Source: Chiloscyllium plagiosum
Lineage: Eukaryota
Length of the DNA: 20,000 nucleotides
Assembly (NCBI RefSeq): GCF_004010195.1
Contig: NC_057756.1
Coordinates: 5,629,661 to 5,649,660 of the forward strand
Direction: 5' to 3'
The notes beneath the pieces are model-generated. The model saw only the letters and a program-made list of their open reading frames with translations, was not told the origin of the DNA and searched no databases. The translations under genes were made by a program, and so were the position numbers. Shown here in pieces: positions 1-10,030 of this stretch. Numbering within the stretch: position 1 is the stretch's first letter; the number at the start of each line of letters is the position of its first letter.

Positions 1-165
1 TTATTTGATGGTCATCAGCAGTGAGGTTAGCTTTCAATTCCAGATTGATGGAATAAATTTAAACTCCATCAGCTGTTATGTTGGGAAATGAACCCATGTC
101 ATCAAAGAAGCAGCCTGGGACTCTGAATTACTGTCCCATGATAGTACCATGACACCATCATCACC
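1..165 (-). mobile_element. tRNA-derived SINE, 5' head (shark family), decayed
   Basis: Reverse complement reads GGTGTCATGGTACTATCATGGGACAGTAATTCAGAG...GACATGGGTTCATTTCCCA, an A-box/B-box-like head typical of a common shark SINE. Confidence 0.65.
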
Positions 166-214
166 AACCCCAATTGTATAGCTCCCTTCATCTGTGTTAT
201 TTGCATCATTATGA

Positions 215-540
215 TCTGGTATTAGATAGCTGAGGCCCCAGTACAAATTCTTGGAACAATGTAAACATCACAGCCTGCCAACCTTGGAAATTTCTCCTTC
301 TCTCCATTTTCTGTCTGTTAGCCAGTCCTCAATCCACGTTAACGTATCCTCTAATCCCCAGAGTTCCATGAAACCTTTGTGTGACACCTGGTCGAAAGAT
401 ATGTTAAAATCCAAATATCTCATTCTCTGGTTCAGCCAATGTTGACACAGCTATTTACAGTCTCACACCTGAAATCAATTTGTCAACCACAGCTTCTTCT
501 CAGAAAGCAAGGTGTCTCTGCCAAATCATATTCTGCTTTT
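215..540 (-). mobile_element. CR1-clade LINE RT fragment, highly decayed
   Basis: Segments such as TTGTGTGACACCTGGTCGAAAG..AAATCCAAATAT and CTGTCTGTTAGCCAGTCCTCAATCCA resemble the antisense of the CR1 RT region; no ORF remains. Confidence 0.6.
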
Positions 541-579
541 CAAACACAGTGGCAGCAGTGGGTATCAAATGTATGATGG

Positions 580-862
580 CCTAAAGCAACTTGCCAAGGC
601 TCCTTAGTCAGCACCCTCCAAACTCATGATCATTGCCACCGAGGAGGGCATTGACAGCAGATTAGTTGGGACACCACCACCTGCAAGTTCCCCTCCACTC
701 CACTCACCATCCTGAAGTACATCATCATCCCTTGAGTATTGTGGGCCCAAGTCCTGGAACTCTTCCTGACATCACTGCATTTCTCTGCACCAAATAGATG
801 ACAGAGAAACAAGAGGGTAGCTCACCACCATCTTGTCAGGGGCAGTTGTAGATCAGCAATAG
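580..862 (+). mobile_element. 3' end of a shark CR1-like LINE family
   Basis: CACCACCACCTGCAAGTTCCCCTCC...TCCTGGAACTC...GCTCACCACCATCTT; the same family appears in reverse at 4915-5275. Confidence 0.7.
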
Positions 863-929
863 ATTAATTCAAAACATCTTAACTCTCTGGTGCATCCACC
901 AGAGGGAGTATGAATCAATAGATTTAACA

Positions 930-1145
930 CCATTCTTTCCCCCTCTCTCACTGTTTGTCTGTCTTTCTCTCTCTCTTTTTCTCTCTCATTGCCTGTTTCT
1001 CAGCTAGTTCTCACTTTGAACCTCTGCCTATCTCTACCTATTTCTTGCTTTCTCTCTTTAATTGTTAATATGTCTTTTGCTGTCACATTGTCTTTATCTC
1101 TCGATTTCTGTCTCTCTCTCCTCTGACTATTGGCTGTCTCTCAAC
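930..1145. repeat. CT-rich low-complexity / degenerate (CT)n tract
   Basis: Polypyrimidine runs such as TCTCTCTC and CTGTCT. Confidence 0.8.
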
Positions 1146-1230
1146 TGCACCTGACAGAGGGGCTGCGATCTGAAAGCTTGTGATTTCAAATAAACCTATT
1201 GGACTATAAACTGGTGTCTTCTGACTGTTT
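1146..1230 (+). mobile_element. Penelope-like terminal repeat fragment with decayed hammerhead motif
   Basis: CACCTGACAGAGGGGCTGCGATCTGAAAGCTTGTGATTTCAAATAAACC is a close homologue of 18637-18715, with a mutated CTGANGA core. Confidence 0.75.
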
Positions 1231-1529
1231 TTTTTTTGCCTCTGGCTTCTCCCGCTCCTTTTCTGTATTGGTCTCTGTCTTGTCTTGACTTGACATGATG
1301 TGTGTGTTGTGTCTCTGCCTGGAGCTAGTCTGCTGTGAGTTTGCAAGTTGCACATAGAAATCAGTTAGTTGGCTGTATTGTCTGCATTATAAGCTATAAT
1401 GTGTTTTGTTTTTTAGGGTTAATCATTCCCAAATGAACAAATTAACATTAGAGCAGTCTTGTTAAGTGGATAGGCACAGCCAGTAGTGGTAGTTAGAGAC
1501 TTGAATCTGAGCTCAGTCTAGTTTCTTGG

Positions 1530-1700
1530 TCAGTGTGAACATACCCATAGGCACTATTCCATGAAAGATCATGATGGAGTTCTCCCTATGTCTGGGACAC
1601 AGTTTGACCCTGAAGCAACATCACTTAAAAACCAAAGGCTGCATTCATTGTCAAGTTGCCACTGGTTGGATCTTGCTATGTCTAATTTGGTCGTAACACA
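1530..1700 (+). mobile_element. Deu-domain SINE fragment (DeuSINE superfamily)
   Basis: CCCATAGGCACTATT...GGAGTTCTCCC...CAACATCACT...GGATCTTGCTATG resembles the Deu central domain; an antisense homologue lies at 4665-4895. Confidence 0.6.
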
Positions 1701-2099
1701 ACCCACAGTCCTTCCGTGACTTTTCAGATTTCTGCTTTAAAAACAAATTGTTTTGAATATCCTAAGCCTGTGAAAGTTGCTATTGATGTCTAGTTTGAAA
1801 TTGAAAGCTGAGACTGAAAGGAATGTATTGAAATGGGTGGAACCTCTCTCTTCACAGACAAGAGCAAATGTTTCCCTGGGACTGAACTCCGCAAACATTG
1901 AGATATTTATACCTGAAGTTGTGTTACTAATACCTGCCATCACCTTTCTAATGATTGACAGTTATTGTGACAATTGACTGAGTTGTATTTGTTTTGTTGC
2001 TTGTGCATAACTGGGCAATTTTCCACATTGTTGGGTAGATACTACTTTCATTTTGTGCTGGAACAGCTTGGCTCTGAGTACTATAAGTTTGCAGATAAT

Positions 2100-3440
2100 T
2101 GTCAGGGCTCATGGTCTTTGCAGTATCCAATGGCGTCAGCCTTTTTTTGATATCAAATGGAGGACTGCCATTGTGATGCTGGGGACCTCAGGAGGAGACT
2201 GACACAGATCATCCAGATGGTATTGTTGACTGAAGCTTGTTGAAGATAAATTCAGTGTTACATTTTGTATTGATGTGTGGAGGTTTCCCATAATTCAAGA
2301 TGGAACATTTGTGAAATCTTCTCCAGAGAGTTGAAAAGTGTGGTGCTGGAAAAGCGCAGCAGGAATGAAGAAGGGCTTATGCCCGAAACGTCAATTCTCC
2401 TGCTTCTCAGATGCTGCCTGGCCTGCTGTGTTTTTCCAGCACCACACTTTTCAACTCTGGTCTCCAGCATCTGCAGTTCTCACTTTCTCCTCCAGAGAGT
2501 TGTTTAATTGTCCACCACCATTGAGAACCTGGTTTCTCAGGACTGCGGCACCTAGATCTGATCTGTTGATGGGATCACTTAGCTCTGTCTGATATTTGCT
2601 GCTTATGTTCTTTGACATCCAAATAGGCTTGTCTTGTTGCTTCATCAGGTGGACACTCCATTTTTTAGGTATGCCTGGTGTTGCTCCTGGCATGTCCTCC
2701 TGCACACTCCATTGAACCAGGATTGATCCACTGGCCTGATGGTAATGCTAGAATGGAGGATATGGTGGGTTATGAGGCTAAAGTTTGTAATGGAGTACAG
2801 TTCTGCTGTTGATGGTTGATAGCGCTCATGAACGTCTTAAATTGCGAGATTAGATCAGTGATAGTGTACACGTGATAGAGTATTCTCAATGTGAAAATGG
2901 GACTGAGTCTCCATCCGGAGTAAGCACTAGTCACTTGTGCAGATACTGTTGTGGACAAATGAATTCATAGCACCTTGGGGTCTTCAGATGGTCTCTGGGG
3001 CAATGTCTACAAGGTGCATTTCTCTGAGGTAGGCCATGGTTTGATGAGTCTTTGAGACATCTCTCCTAATTTTGAAGTTTAATTTTGACTTTCCTTAATG
3101 TTGGTTGAGGAGGACTTCACCATTCTTGTTTCCAGAGCTGAGATTGGTGTCTGATAATCTGTCTGGCTTTGTTCCTTTTCTGATCTGTTTTAGCAGTTTG
3201 ACCATTTCAGAGGACAGTTAACAGTAAGTCACACTGCTGTATATTTGAACTTGCATATATTCCAGTTCATTTCCTTCCCTAAAGAACATTATTGAGCCAG
3301 GTGGGCTTTTATGACCGTAACAGAGGTTAAACTGTAAGACCATGAGACATCAGAGAAGAAGTAGACCAATCAGTCCATTGTTACATGGTCTTCATTTGAT
3401 ATTTAATTCAATATTTTATTTGGAATTCAAATTTCACCTT
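2100..3440 (-). mobile_element. Decayed CR1-like LINE ORF2 fragment, interrupted by a PLE-derived insertion
   Basis: Typical antisense LINE segments (TTGTTTAATTGTCCACCACCA; TTTTTAGGTATGCCTGGTGTTGCTCCTGGCATG); many stops; boundaries approximate. Confidence 0.6.
2321..2502. mobile_element. Short fold-back Penelope-derived non-autonomous element with flanking direct repeat
   Basis: Inverted arms AGAGTTGAAAAGTGTGGTGCTGGAAAA / TTTTCCAGCACCACACTTTTCAACTCT; central GGGCTTATGCCCGAAACGTC; CTCCAGAGAGTTG at both 2321-2333 and 2490-2502. Confidence 0.8.
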
Positions 3441-4071
3441 TTTTTTATTAAGTCAAGTCATTTTATCCCAGTGCTGCAGCTTTGGAGAGTGCTATCAACA
3501 GCACTTTTGTTATAGACCCTCTGTTCACTGAATAAACCTGCACATTGCCTAACGTAATGCTGTTTCTGGATGGTTTTGAATTCCCATCACAAGGCAGCAA
3601 TCGGGTAATTGTTTTGTCTACTCTTTTATCTTAATCTATTGAACAGCTCACCACAATAATTTTAAAAATATGCAACGATAGTTCATCATCACCAAGATGC
3701 CACTCAGAGAGGACATCCTCAATGAAACTAAAACCATGCCTTTCACCCTTACTATTAACATACACAGTATAGAAATATAAATCAAACATAAAGCTTTATC
3801 AAAACCTCCACTTTAGAATCCACATTCTCAAACAATAGTAAGACATTATGAAGCTTCGTCACAAGTGCTTCAAATAATATCTGTAAAATGGTACACCTCA
3901 TAAGCTTTTTGCATTCTCTGACAGCATGAAAACGATACAGCACATAAAAAACATGTTCAGAACTAACAACAGAGTTGAGTAATGCCATTTTCTCTTCTTA
4001 ATTATTCAACATATTGGATGCACACATCCCTCTCCCTGCTTCTGTGTCAATTTGGATGGAAGCTGATATCT

Positions 4072-4259
4072 AGGAGAAAGTGAGGACTGCACTTGCTGGA
4101 GATCATAGTCGGGAGTCTGGTGCTGGAAAAAGCACAGCAATTCAGGCAGCATCCGAGGAGCAGGAGAATCAACGTTTCAGGCATAAGCCCTTCCTGATTC
4201 TCCTGCTCCTCAGATGCTGCCTGACCTGCTGTGCTTTTCCGGCACCACACTCTCAACAC
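4072..4259. mobile_element. Short fold-back Penelope-derived element
   Basis: Inverted arms GGTGCTGGAAAAAGCACAGCA..CAGGCAGCATCCGAGGAGCAGGAGAATCA / TGATTCTCCTGCTCCTCAGATGCTGCCTGACCTGCTGTGCTTTTCCGGCACC; imperfect 15-bp flanking direct repeat at 4057-4071 and 4260-4274. Confidence 0.85.
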
Positions 4260-4497
4260 TGGAAGTTGACCTCTGCATATTCTGTGTCTTCACCCCTGTA
4301 CACAAGCCCATCTCTGCTGGGCAGCTTGAGAAGTTGATGTTGGTCGAAAGGAGGCCCTTAGTTCTGTCAGGATTCCCGTGTTGAGCATCTCCTTCCACTG
4401 GACCTTCAAAGACATCCCAGGAACCTGGTGTCTCCCCTTCTCCAACTCTCTTCCTGATTGTGTTCTGAGGGTCAGTGACCACCCTTTTCTGTGAAGC
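4253..4497 (-). pseudogene. Damaged terminal cytoplasmic exon of a Siglec/CD22/MAG-like Ig-superfamily receptor
   Basis: Strong acceptor CCATTTCTCTGCAG| precedes 4497. The exon reads ASQKRVVTDPQNTIRK...RTKGLLSTNINFS, then after a 1-nt frameshift KLPSRDGLVYRGEDTEYAEVNFQC*. TEYAEV fits TxYxxV/I (ITSM / distal Siglec motif); LLSTNINF sits where a proximal ITIM (LxYxxI/L) is expected. Confidence 0.65.
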
Positions 4498-4664
4498 CTG
4501 CAGAGAAATGGAAGCACAAGATATTCTCACATCATTTATCGGCATGGATAGGTTTAAAATATTGCAAAGCCTTGGAGGAGTCAATCATGGTTTAGTGAGC
4601 CCCGAGAAGGCAAGAGTTATGAGTTCATCGTTCACAGAGACTGAATATTCCCAAATACCCCTCA

Positions 4665-4895
4665 GCCACTGAAGGACTTTATTGATTGAACAGTGGTCAC
4701 TGAAGTAACATATGGAACACCGCAGCAAAATCTCCCAACAGCAATATTAGAATAAAATGCATTATTACATTTTTTAACGCTATTTAGTTTGAGCAAGATA
4801 ATAATAGACCCCAGGACACTGAGGCCAACTACTTCCTGCTTCACTTTCAAATGGTTGCCATGGGATCTTTGACACCCCCAAGAGGGCAGATAGTG
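4665..4895 (-). mobile_element. Deu-domain SINE fragment
   Basis: CCAGGACAC...TTCAAATGGTTGCCATGGGATCTTT...GAGGGCAGA...GGTTTAAT matches the antisense of the Deu domain. Confidence 0.65.
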
Positions 4896-4914
4896 TGGTT
4901 TAATTTTTCTTTTT

Positions 4915-5275
4915 ACTCACCCATGCCATGTAAGCGTTGCTGGCTGGCCAGCATTTGTCTTTCCGGAGTGGCCCTTGAGAAGGTGGGATGAGCTGCATTC
5001 TTCAACTGCTGCAGTCCATGTGCTGGAGGTAGACCCACAATACTCCTTGGGAAAGGAATTCCAGGATACTGAAGCAACCACTCTGAAGGAGCAGCCAATA
5101 TATTTCCAAGTCAGGATGGTTTGGAGCTCGGAGGGGAACTAGTAGGATGTGGTGTTTGCATGGATCACCTGCCCTTGTCCCTCTAGATAGAAGTGGTCCT
5201 GGGTTTGGAAGGTGCTGACTGAGGATCTTGGGTGAATTTCTGCAGTGCAACTTGAAGATGGTACACATCTGTTCT
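4915..5275 (-). mobile_element. 3' end of a shark CR1-like LINE family
   Basis: Reverse complement of the family at 580-862 (GCCCTTGAGAAGGTGG...CTGCAGTCCATGTG...TTCCAAGTCAGGATGG...GAGGGGAACT). Confidence 0.75.
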
Positions 5276-5289
5276 GGCTCCTCCAACCG

Positions 5290-5455
5290 GTATATTCAGG
5301 AGCACCTCTTAAAAAGCATGGGTAAATAGTTTGTGGAGCTTTCCAGAGAAAGCATGGGGATGGGCCAGAGAGTGGGATCAATTGGACCACTTGAGCAGAA
5401 TGACAGAACAGGTCTGAAGGGCTGGCTGGTCTCTCTCTCTGTGCTCTGTTCTGGA
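5290..5455 (+). mobile_element. CR1 3' tail remnant
   Basis: Ends in GAAGGGCTGGCTGGTCTCTC..CTGTGCTCTGTTCT, similar to the CR1 3'-UTR motif. Confidence 0.45.
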
Positions 5456-5530
5456 ATCCTGTGAGCTTTAATTCCTCTGTAGATCAGAGACAAACAATGA
5501 ATTTCTGCACATTTCACACGTGGGACTAAC

Positions 5531-5646
5531 TGGTCTTTCAGTTGTTTTGCCTCTTCATGGTGATTGCTTTGATGGTGAGGCTTGACAGAAAGTGCAGCAT
5601 TTGACTGCATACTCTTAGCTTTGCTGCTTTGGCATTATGACAACAT
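5531..5646 (-). pseudogene. Possible decayed penultimate cytoplasmic exon of the same receptor gene
   Basis: Acceptor CCTGTTTTTGTTTTAAG| and donor-like CCA|GTTAGT flank non-repeat sequence; one frame gives SSKAKSMQSNAALSVKPHHQSNHHEEAKQLKD but it contains a stop and the phase is unclear. Confidence 0.25.
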
Positions 5647-5664
5647 CTTAAAACAAAAACAGGT

Positions 5665-5765
5665 CATAGAATCATAAAACCCAAAAGAGGCCCTTCGGCC
5701 CATTGTGTCAATAGCAGCAAAAATATCTACATTAGTCCCTCTTTCCCACATTAGGCCCATGCCTC
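5665..5765 (-). mobile_element. CR1 3' tail remnant
   Basis: CATAGAATCATA...GAGGCCCTTCGGCCCAT is the antisense of a CR1 tail. Confidence 0.6.
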
Positions 5766-5884
5766 TCTGAGCTCCTCCATTTCTGACTTATTGTTTATTC
5801 CCAATATTTCAGGAGCTTTGGGGCCAAACAGTGAAAGGCTGCTGGACCAATGGAAATTGGGGAATGCTCAACTACCCAGAGGCG

Positions 5885-6068
5885 GCAGTGATGTTGGAGT
5901 GTTGTAGCAGTGTCGTAGGAGAATGCAAGGAGTTTGTAGCAGTGTCATGGTAGAACACAAGGCGTTTGTAGGAGTGTTGTAAGAGAACACGAGGAACTTG
6001 TGGAGTGTCGTGGGAGAGCACAAGAAGCTTGTTGTAGCAGTGTTGTGGGAGAAGACAAAAAACTTGAA
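5885..6068. repeat. Degenerate ~32-bp minisatellite (about 5 units)
   Basis: Unit resembles TTGTAGCAGTGTYGTRGGAGAACACAAGGAG and recurs at about 5902, 5933, 5965, 5998 and 6032. Confidence 0.85.
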
Positions 6069-6424
6069 GGATTGCCATGGGAGAAAACTTTCGAAAGCAT
6101 TAACCAATGGAATTTTACTGTAAAGTCAAAAAGTCACAACATCAACAAAATTTGGTTAGGTGGATTGGCTGGTTTATGACCCCTCTGAAAAAAATCAAGG
6201 ATACAGTGTCCTTCAGAAAAGGAATAGCTTTTAGAAAAAAAGGGACAGGAGGGAATCTATGATTCTATGGTATATGATGCAAAGAGGAAGTGTCAAAGTG
6301 AGTCAAATCAGCAAGTAAGGAAAAGTGAGAAAACAAACCCACATCTGTCACTCCAAGCAAACTATTAATTTGGAGAAAAATCTTTGAGGTTATTTCTGTG
6401 TAGACGAGAGAATCATTGACAAGG

Positions 6425-6715
6425 CTCACAGGCAGAGGAAGAAGCCCATTCAGCCCCCTCCTCCAGCCTGTTACACAGGAACAAGANNNNNATTCAGCCC
6501 CCCCCCCCCCCCCCCCCAGCCTGTTACACAGGAACAGGATACCATTTGGCTCCTTCCTCAAGCCTGTTACACAGGAACAGGAGGAGGCCATTCAACCCTC
6601 TCCTCGAACCTATGGAATGGGAACAGGAGGAGGCCATTCAGCTCCGTCCTCAAGTCTGTTCCACTTGAGCAGAAGAAGGCCATTCAGCTCCCACCTTGAG
6701 CCTGTTACCCAGGAA
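6425..6715. repeat. ~42-bp tandem array derived from the antisense CR1 3' tail; contains 5 N bases (6487-6491)
   Basis: Repeating ACAGGAACAGGAGGAGGCCATTCAGCCCCCTC..AGCCTGTTAC; further decayed units at about 7685-7830. Confidence 0.85.
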
Positions 6716-6959
6716 TAAATTGGGAAAGGTGATCCACCCAGTGCAAATAAAGGAAATTAACAACAATATTAGATCCAAGGAAGGGTTGAACAAATAGACC
6801 ATAAACAGAGGCAGGATTTGGAGTGGTTTAGGTGGAAGAAGGGATTGATTACAAAGGAAAAAATAAGAGCACGAGAGGAAGAGAAATATAAGTTCTCTAT
6901 AATTAGAAGCAGGGGAATGTATAATGGGGAACAAAGAGACAGCTGACCAATTTTAGTTC

Positions 6960-7690
6960 TGACTTTACAAAAATATTAAAGAGCGTGGATTGGGACTAGT
7001 GCACTGAAATGGATATTGAGTCAGAATAAACGGGTCATTTTCAAGTGACAGTCGGTGACTAGTGGGGTACCGCAGCAATCAGTGCTTGGACCCCATCTAT
7101 TCACAATACGTACTTATGATTAGGTTGAGGGAATTAAATTTAATATCTCAAGAGTAGCAGAAAATATAAAGCCGGATGGGAAGGTGAGCTGTGAGGAATA
7201 TGCAGAGGTACGTCATTGTGATTTGGACAAGTTCAGTGCATAGTTGCGTAGCAGATGGAGTACAATGTGACTTAAAGGGAGGTTATTCACTTTGGGAGCT
7301 AAAACAGAAAGGCAGAGTATTATCTGAATGGTGATAGATTTGGAAAGAGGTTGTGCAATGAGACCTGGGTGCCATTGTACACCAGCTGTTCAGAGTAGGT
7401 GTACAGAAGCAGCAGGCAGTGAAGGCAGCAAATGGTCCACTATCCTCCATGGCGAGAGGATTGGAGTACGGGAGCAGGGATGTCTTGCTGTGATTATACA
7501 GGGCTTTGATGAGACCATGCCTGTTACATTGTATGCAGTTTTGATCTCCATATCTGAGGAAGGATGTTTTGGCAATGGTAGCAGTGCACTGAAGGTTTAC
7601 CAGACTGGTTCCTGGAATGGCAGGACTGACGTATGAAGAGAGATTGGATCGGTTAGGACTATATTCACTGATATTTTGAAGGATGAGGCC
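6960..7690 (+). mobile_element. CR1 LINE reverse transcriptase fragment, decayed
   Basis: GTGACTAGTGGGGTACCGCAGCAATCAGTGCTTGGACCC encodes VTSGVPQQSVLGP (RT motif GVPQGSVLGP); a downstream L.RP.L.YC.QFWSP-like region has stops and frameshifts. Confidence 0.9.
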
Positions 7691-7919
7691 CATTTAACCC
7701 CTACTGACTGTTATACAGGAAATGAGTCAATTCAGCGCATTCTGCCTTTAAAACTGGAAAAGAGGAGACCATTCAGCCTAACGACACTTACACTGGAATG
7801 GGAGGAGACCATTTTGCCACTTTGAACCATGACAGTAGCTGCCCAGATCTGCAGAGCAATATTGTCATAGTCGTGGCATGAGGTTCACAGCTTGTTTCCT
7901 GTAAGGCCAGGTAAGCTGC

Positions 7920-8066
7920 TACTGTGACACTCTGTACCCACTTCCTGATATAACTCGCAGGAATACATTAGACCTCCTGAATAGGACATGAAGAAACCAT
8001 TCAGCCCAAGTAGAGCACTTCGGCAGTTACTCTCGAGAAGGGCAGTTGGACAGTGTGTAGGTGAGT
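7920..8066 (+). other. Putative 5' non-coding exon / promoter-proximal region, copy 1
   Basis: Homologous to 14345-14469; ends at the consensus donor TAG|GTGAGT (8061-8066); ETS-like ACTTCCTG at 7940-7947. Confidence 0.4.
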
Positions 8067-8261
8067 ACTGTAACATTTGAAACTCAGTTCCAAGACCAGC
8101 ATCATTCCATGTTGATGTTTTGACTTTAAATAGTCAGAGTTCCAATGGTTCCAATAGTTGATACCTTTGAAATGTTTCTATTCCTTATTGCGATCTGGAC
8201 TAAAGGCAGAACATCTTTCTAGATCAAAGGATGAGAGAATTGCAAAGACGTGAGCTTTGGG

Positions 8262-9065
8262 ACAGAAAACAGGAAATACTGAAGAAAGCAGGCCTGGCAG
8301 CATCTATGGACAGAGAGAAATAGAGTTAACATTTGAGTCCAATCTGGTTGTTCTTCTGAAGTAAAAGGGTCAGTAAATGATGGTTTTTATGAAGTCGATG
8401 GAGAGGACGAGCAAGTGGAACAGATGCCTGGAGGATAGAAAACGAAGGATTGCTAATGATGGTGAAAGAGAGCGTGAGACATAAAATGATCGGTATGGGT
8501 CCACTGTATGGGGAGGAAAGCCAACAAGACACAAGAAAGACCCATACATGGGTAATCAAAATAGAGAAGTGAATTTGTTGAACCTAGTGCTGAAAGCTGT
8601 GAAGTGCTTGGTGGAAAATGAGGTGATGTCCCCTCAGTTTGCATTGAGCTTCACTGGAATACAGAAGCAGTTTTGAACCTGGGGTTCAACACTGGGCTTA
8701 GTAATTTCAGAGCTTGCCCTCTGTCCAAACCACCCACCCAATCACCAACATGTCTTGTTGACCTTCACCTAAGCAGAATGGGCCCATTTTCTCCTTTACA
8801 CACTTAATCATTTGTACGCATCGTATACCGCAATCTTTACTACCATGAGAACTGCCCCTGTCATTTTCTCTGGGCACCTCCACTATCTCTTCCAATTTAT
8901 CTGTCCTTTCCTTCTGACAACAGCATGAAAAACATAATTTTCCACACTCTTTCAGTTCTGGCGGATTGAGATTGTACTCAAGGTGTTAACTTTTTCTGTC
9001 CATAGATGGCCAGATCTGTTGGATTTCTCCAGGACTTTTTGACTCTATTTATAATTTCCAGCATT
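8262..9065. mobile_element. Old Penelope-derived element with inverted termini
   Basis: The left end (CTGGCAGCATCTATGGACAGAGAG..GAGTTAACATTTGAGT) is an inverted match to the right end (ACTCAAGGTGTTAACT..CTGTCCATAGATGGCCAG). The element is absent from the paralogous module at about 14570-14700. Confidence 0.65.
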
Positions 9066-9338
9066 CACTCAAATTTGTTTTTATTTGAACATCTAGTTGC
9101 CTTGTGGTGGTGAAAAGTGCTGTAAAAATACAGTTCCCTCAGAGGTTTCTTTCTTTCAATGTTTGTAACTCTCTGCAGAGCACTTATCATTTCATGGAGA
9201 AACAGGGTAGTCAGTGAGGACGTTGTCTAAATGTAGCTCTGATATCTCCAGAGCTGTTGGACAAAAGGTGAGGGCACATTCACACCTTTGTCTTTCACAC
9301 TGAGAGGGAGAAACTGATTAAATATCTGGGAGTGAACA

Positions 9339-9378
9339 ATGATTGGGAAATCTTACTTTCTGCTGTCACGCTGCCAAG
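9339..9378 (+). pseudogene. Signal-peptide (leader) exon, copy 1: MIGKSYFLLSRCQ + phase-1 G
   Basis: Start context ACAATGA; donor CAAG|GTAATG; upstream acceptor CTCTCTGCAG (9169-9178); paralogous to 14879-14918. An Arg interrupts the hydrophobic core and no downstream Ig exon is seen. Confidence 0.55.
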
Positions 9379-9649
9379 GTAATGTCTTGGTCAGCTCCGA
9401 CAGATTTATGGTTAATAGTCTTTGTGACAAATTGTTCTTATTGAGCTCTGACTGGGAACCAAACCAGCAGTGAGCCAGATACACATACACCCATTACCCT
9501 CTGCTCACTGATATACACTAGCTCTGGGTCAATAAAATTAAAATCCAGTTCCTTGAATTATAACCTCCCCAGTCTTGCAGCCCAACCTCCCTTGCTGTAA
9601 TCTCCTCCAGCTCCTGCACCACTCCCATTCTCTCTCAACTCTTCTAGCC

Positions 9650-10030
9650 TTGAGGATGTTTTCGTTCAAGAAGAGAATGTTGAGAAGTGACTTAATAGAG
9701 ACATACATGATAGTCAGAGGATTAGATAGGTGGATGTGAGAGCCTGTTTCCTTGGATGGTGCTGGCTACCACGAGGGGACATAGCTTTAAATTGAGGGGG
9801 GATAGGTATAGGATAGATGTCAGAGATAAGTTCTTTACTCAGAGTAGTAAGGGCATGGAACACTCTGCTTGCGACAGTAGTAGACATGCCAATTTTTAGG
9901 GCTTTGAAATGGTTATTAGATAAACATATGGATGATAATGGAATAGTGACAGACTTCAGATTGGTTTCACAGGTCGGCGTAACATCGAGGGCCAAAGGAC
10001 CTGTCCTACGCTGTTATGTTCTATGTTCTA
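9650..10030 (+). mobile_element. CR1 (HER1-like) LINE 3' end, 5'-truncated
   Basis: R.RSDLIETY..-like ORF2 end, F.QRVV.AWN.L motif, and tail GGGCCAAAGGACCTGTCCT..TATGTTCTATGTTCTA. Confidence 0.9.

Noticed and set aside
1737..2130. Non-repeat ORFs of 60-68 aa as exons
   Set aside because: No recognisable domain and no consistent acceptor/donor pair.
5885..6715. Tandem arrays as CRISPR-like arrays
   Set aside because: The units are contiguous and degenerate with no unique spacers, and the context is vertebrate with no cas genes.
6650..6934. Hydrophobic minus-strand ORF as the missing transmembrane exon
   Set aside because: It is the antisense of A-rich, probably LINE-derived sequence, with no convincing splice sites or basic stop-transfer cluster.
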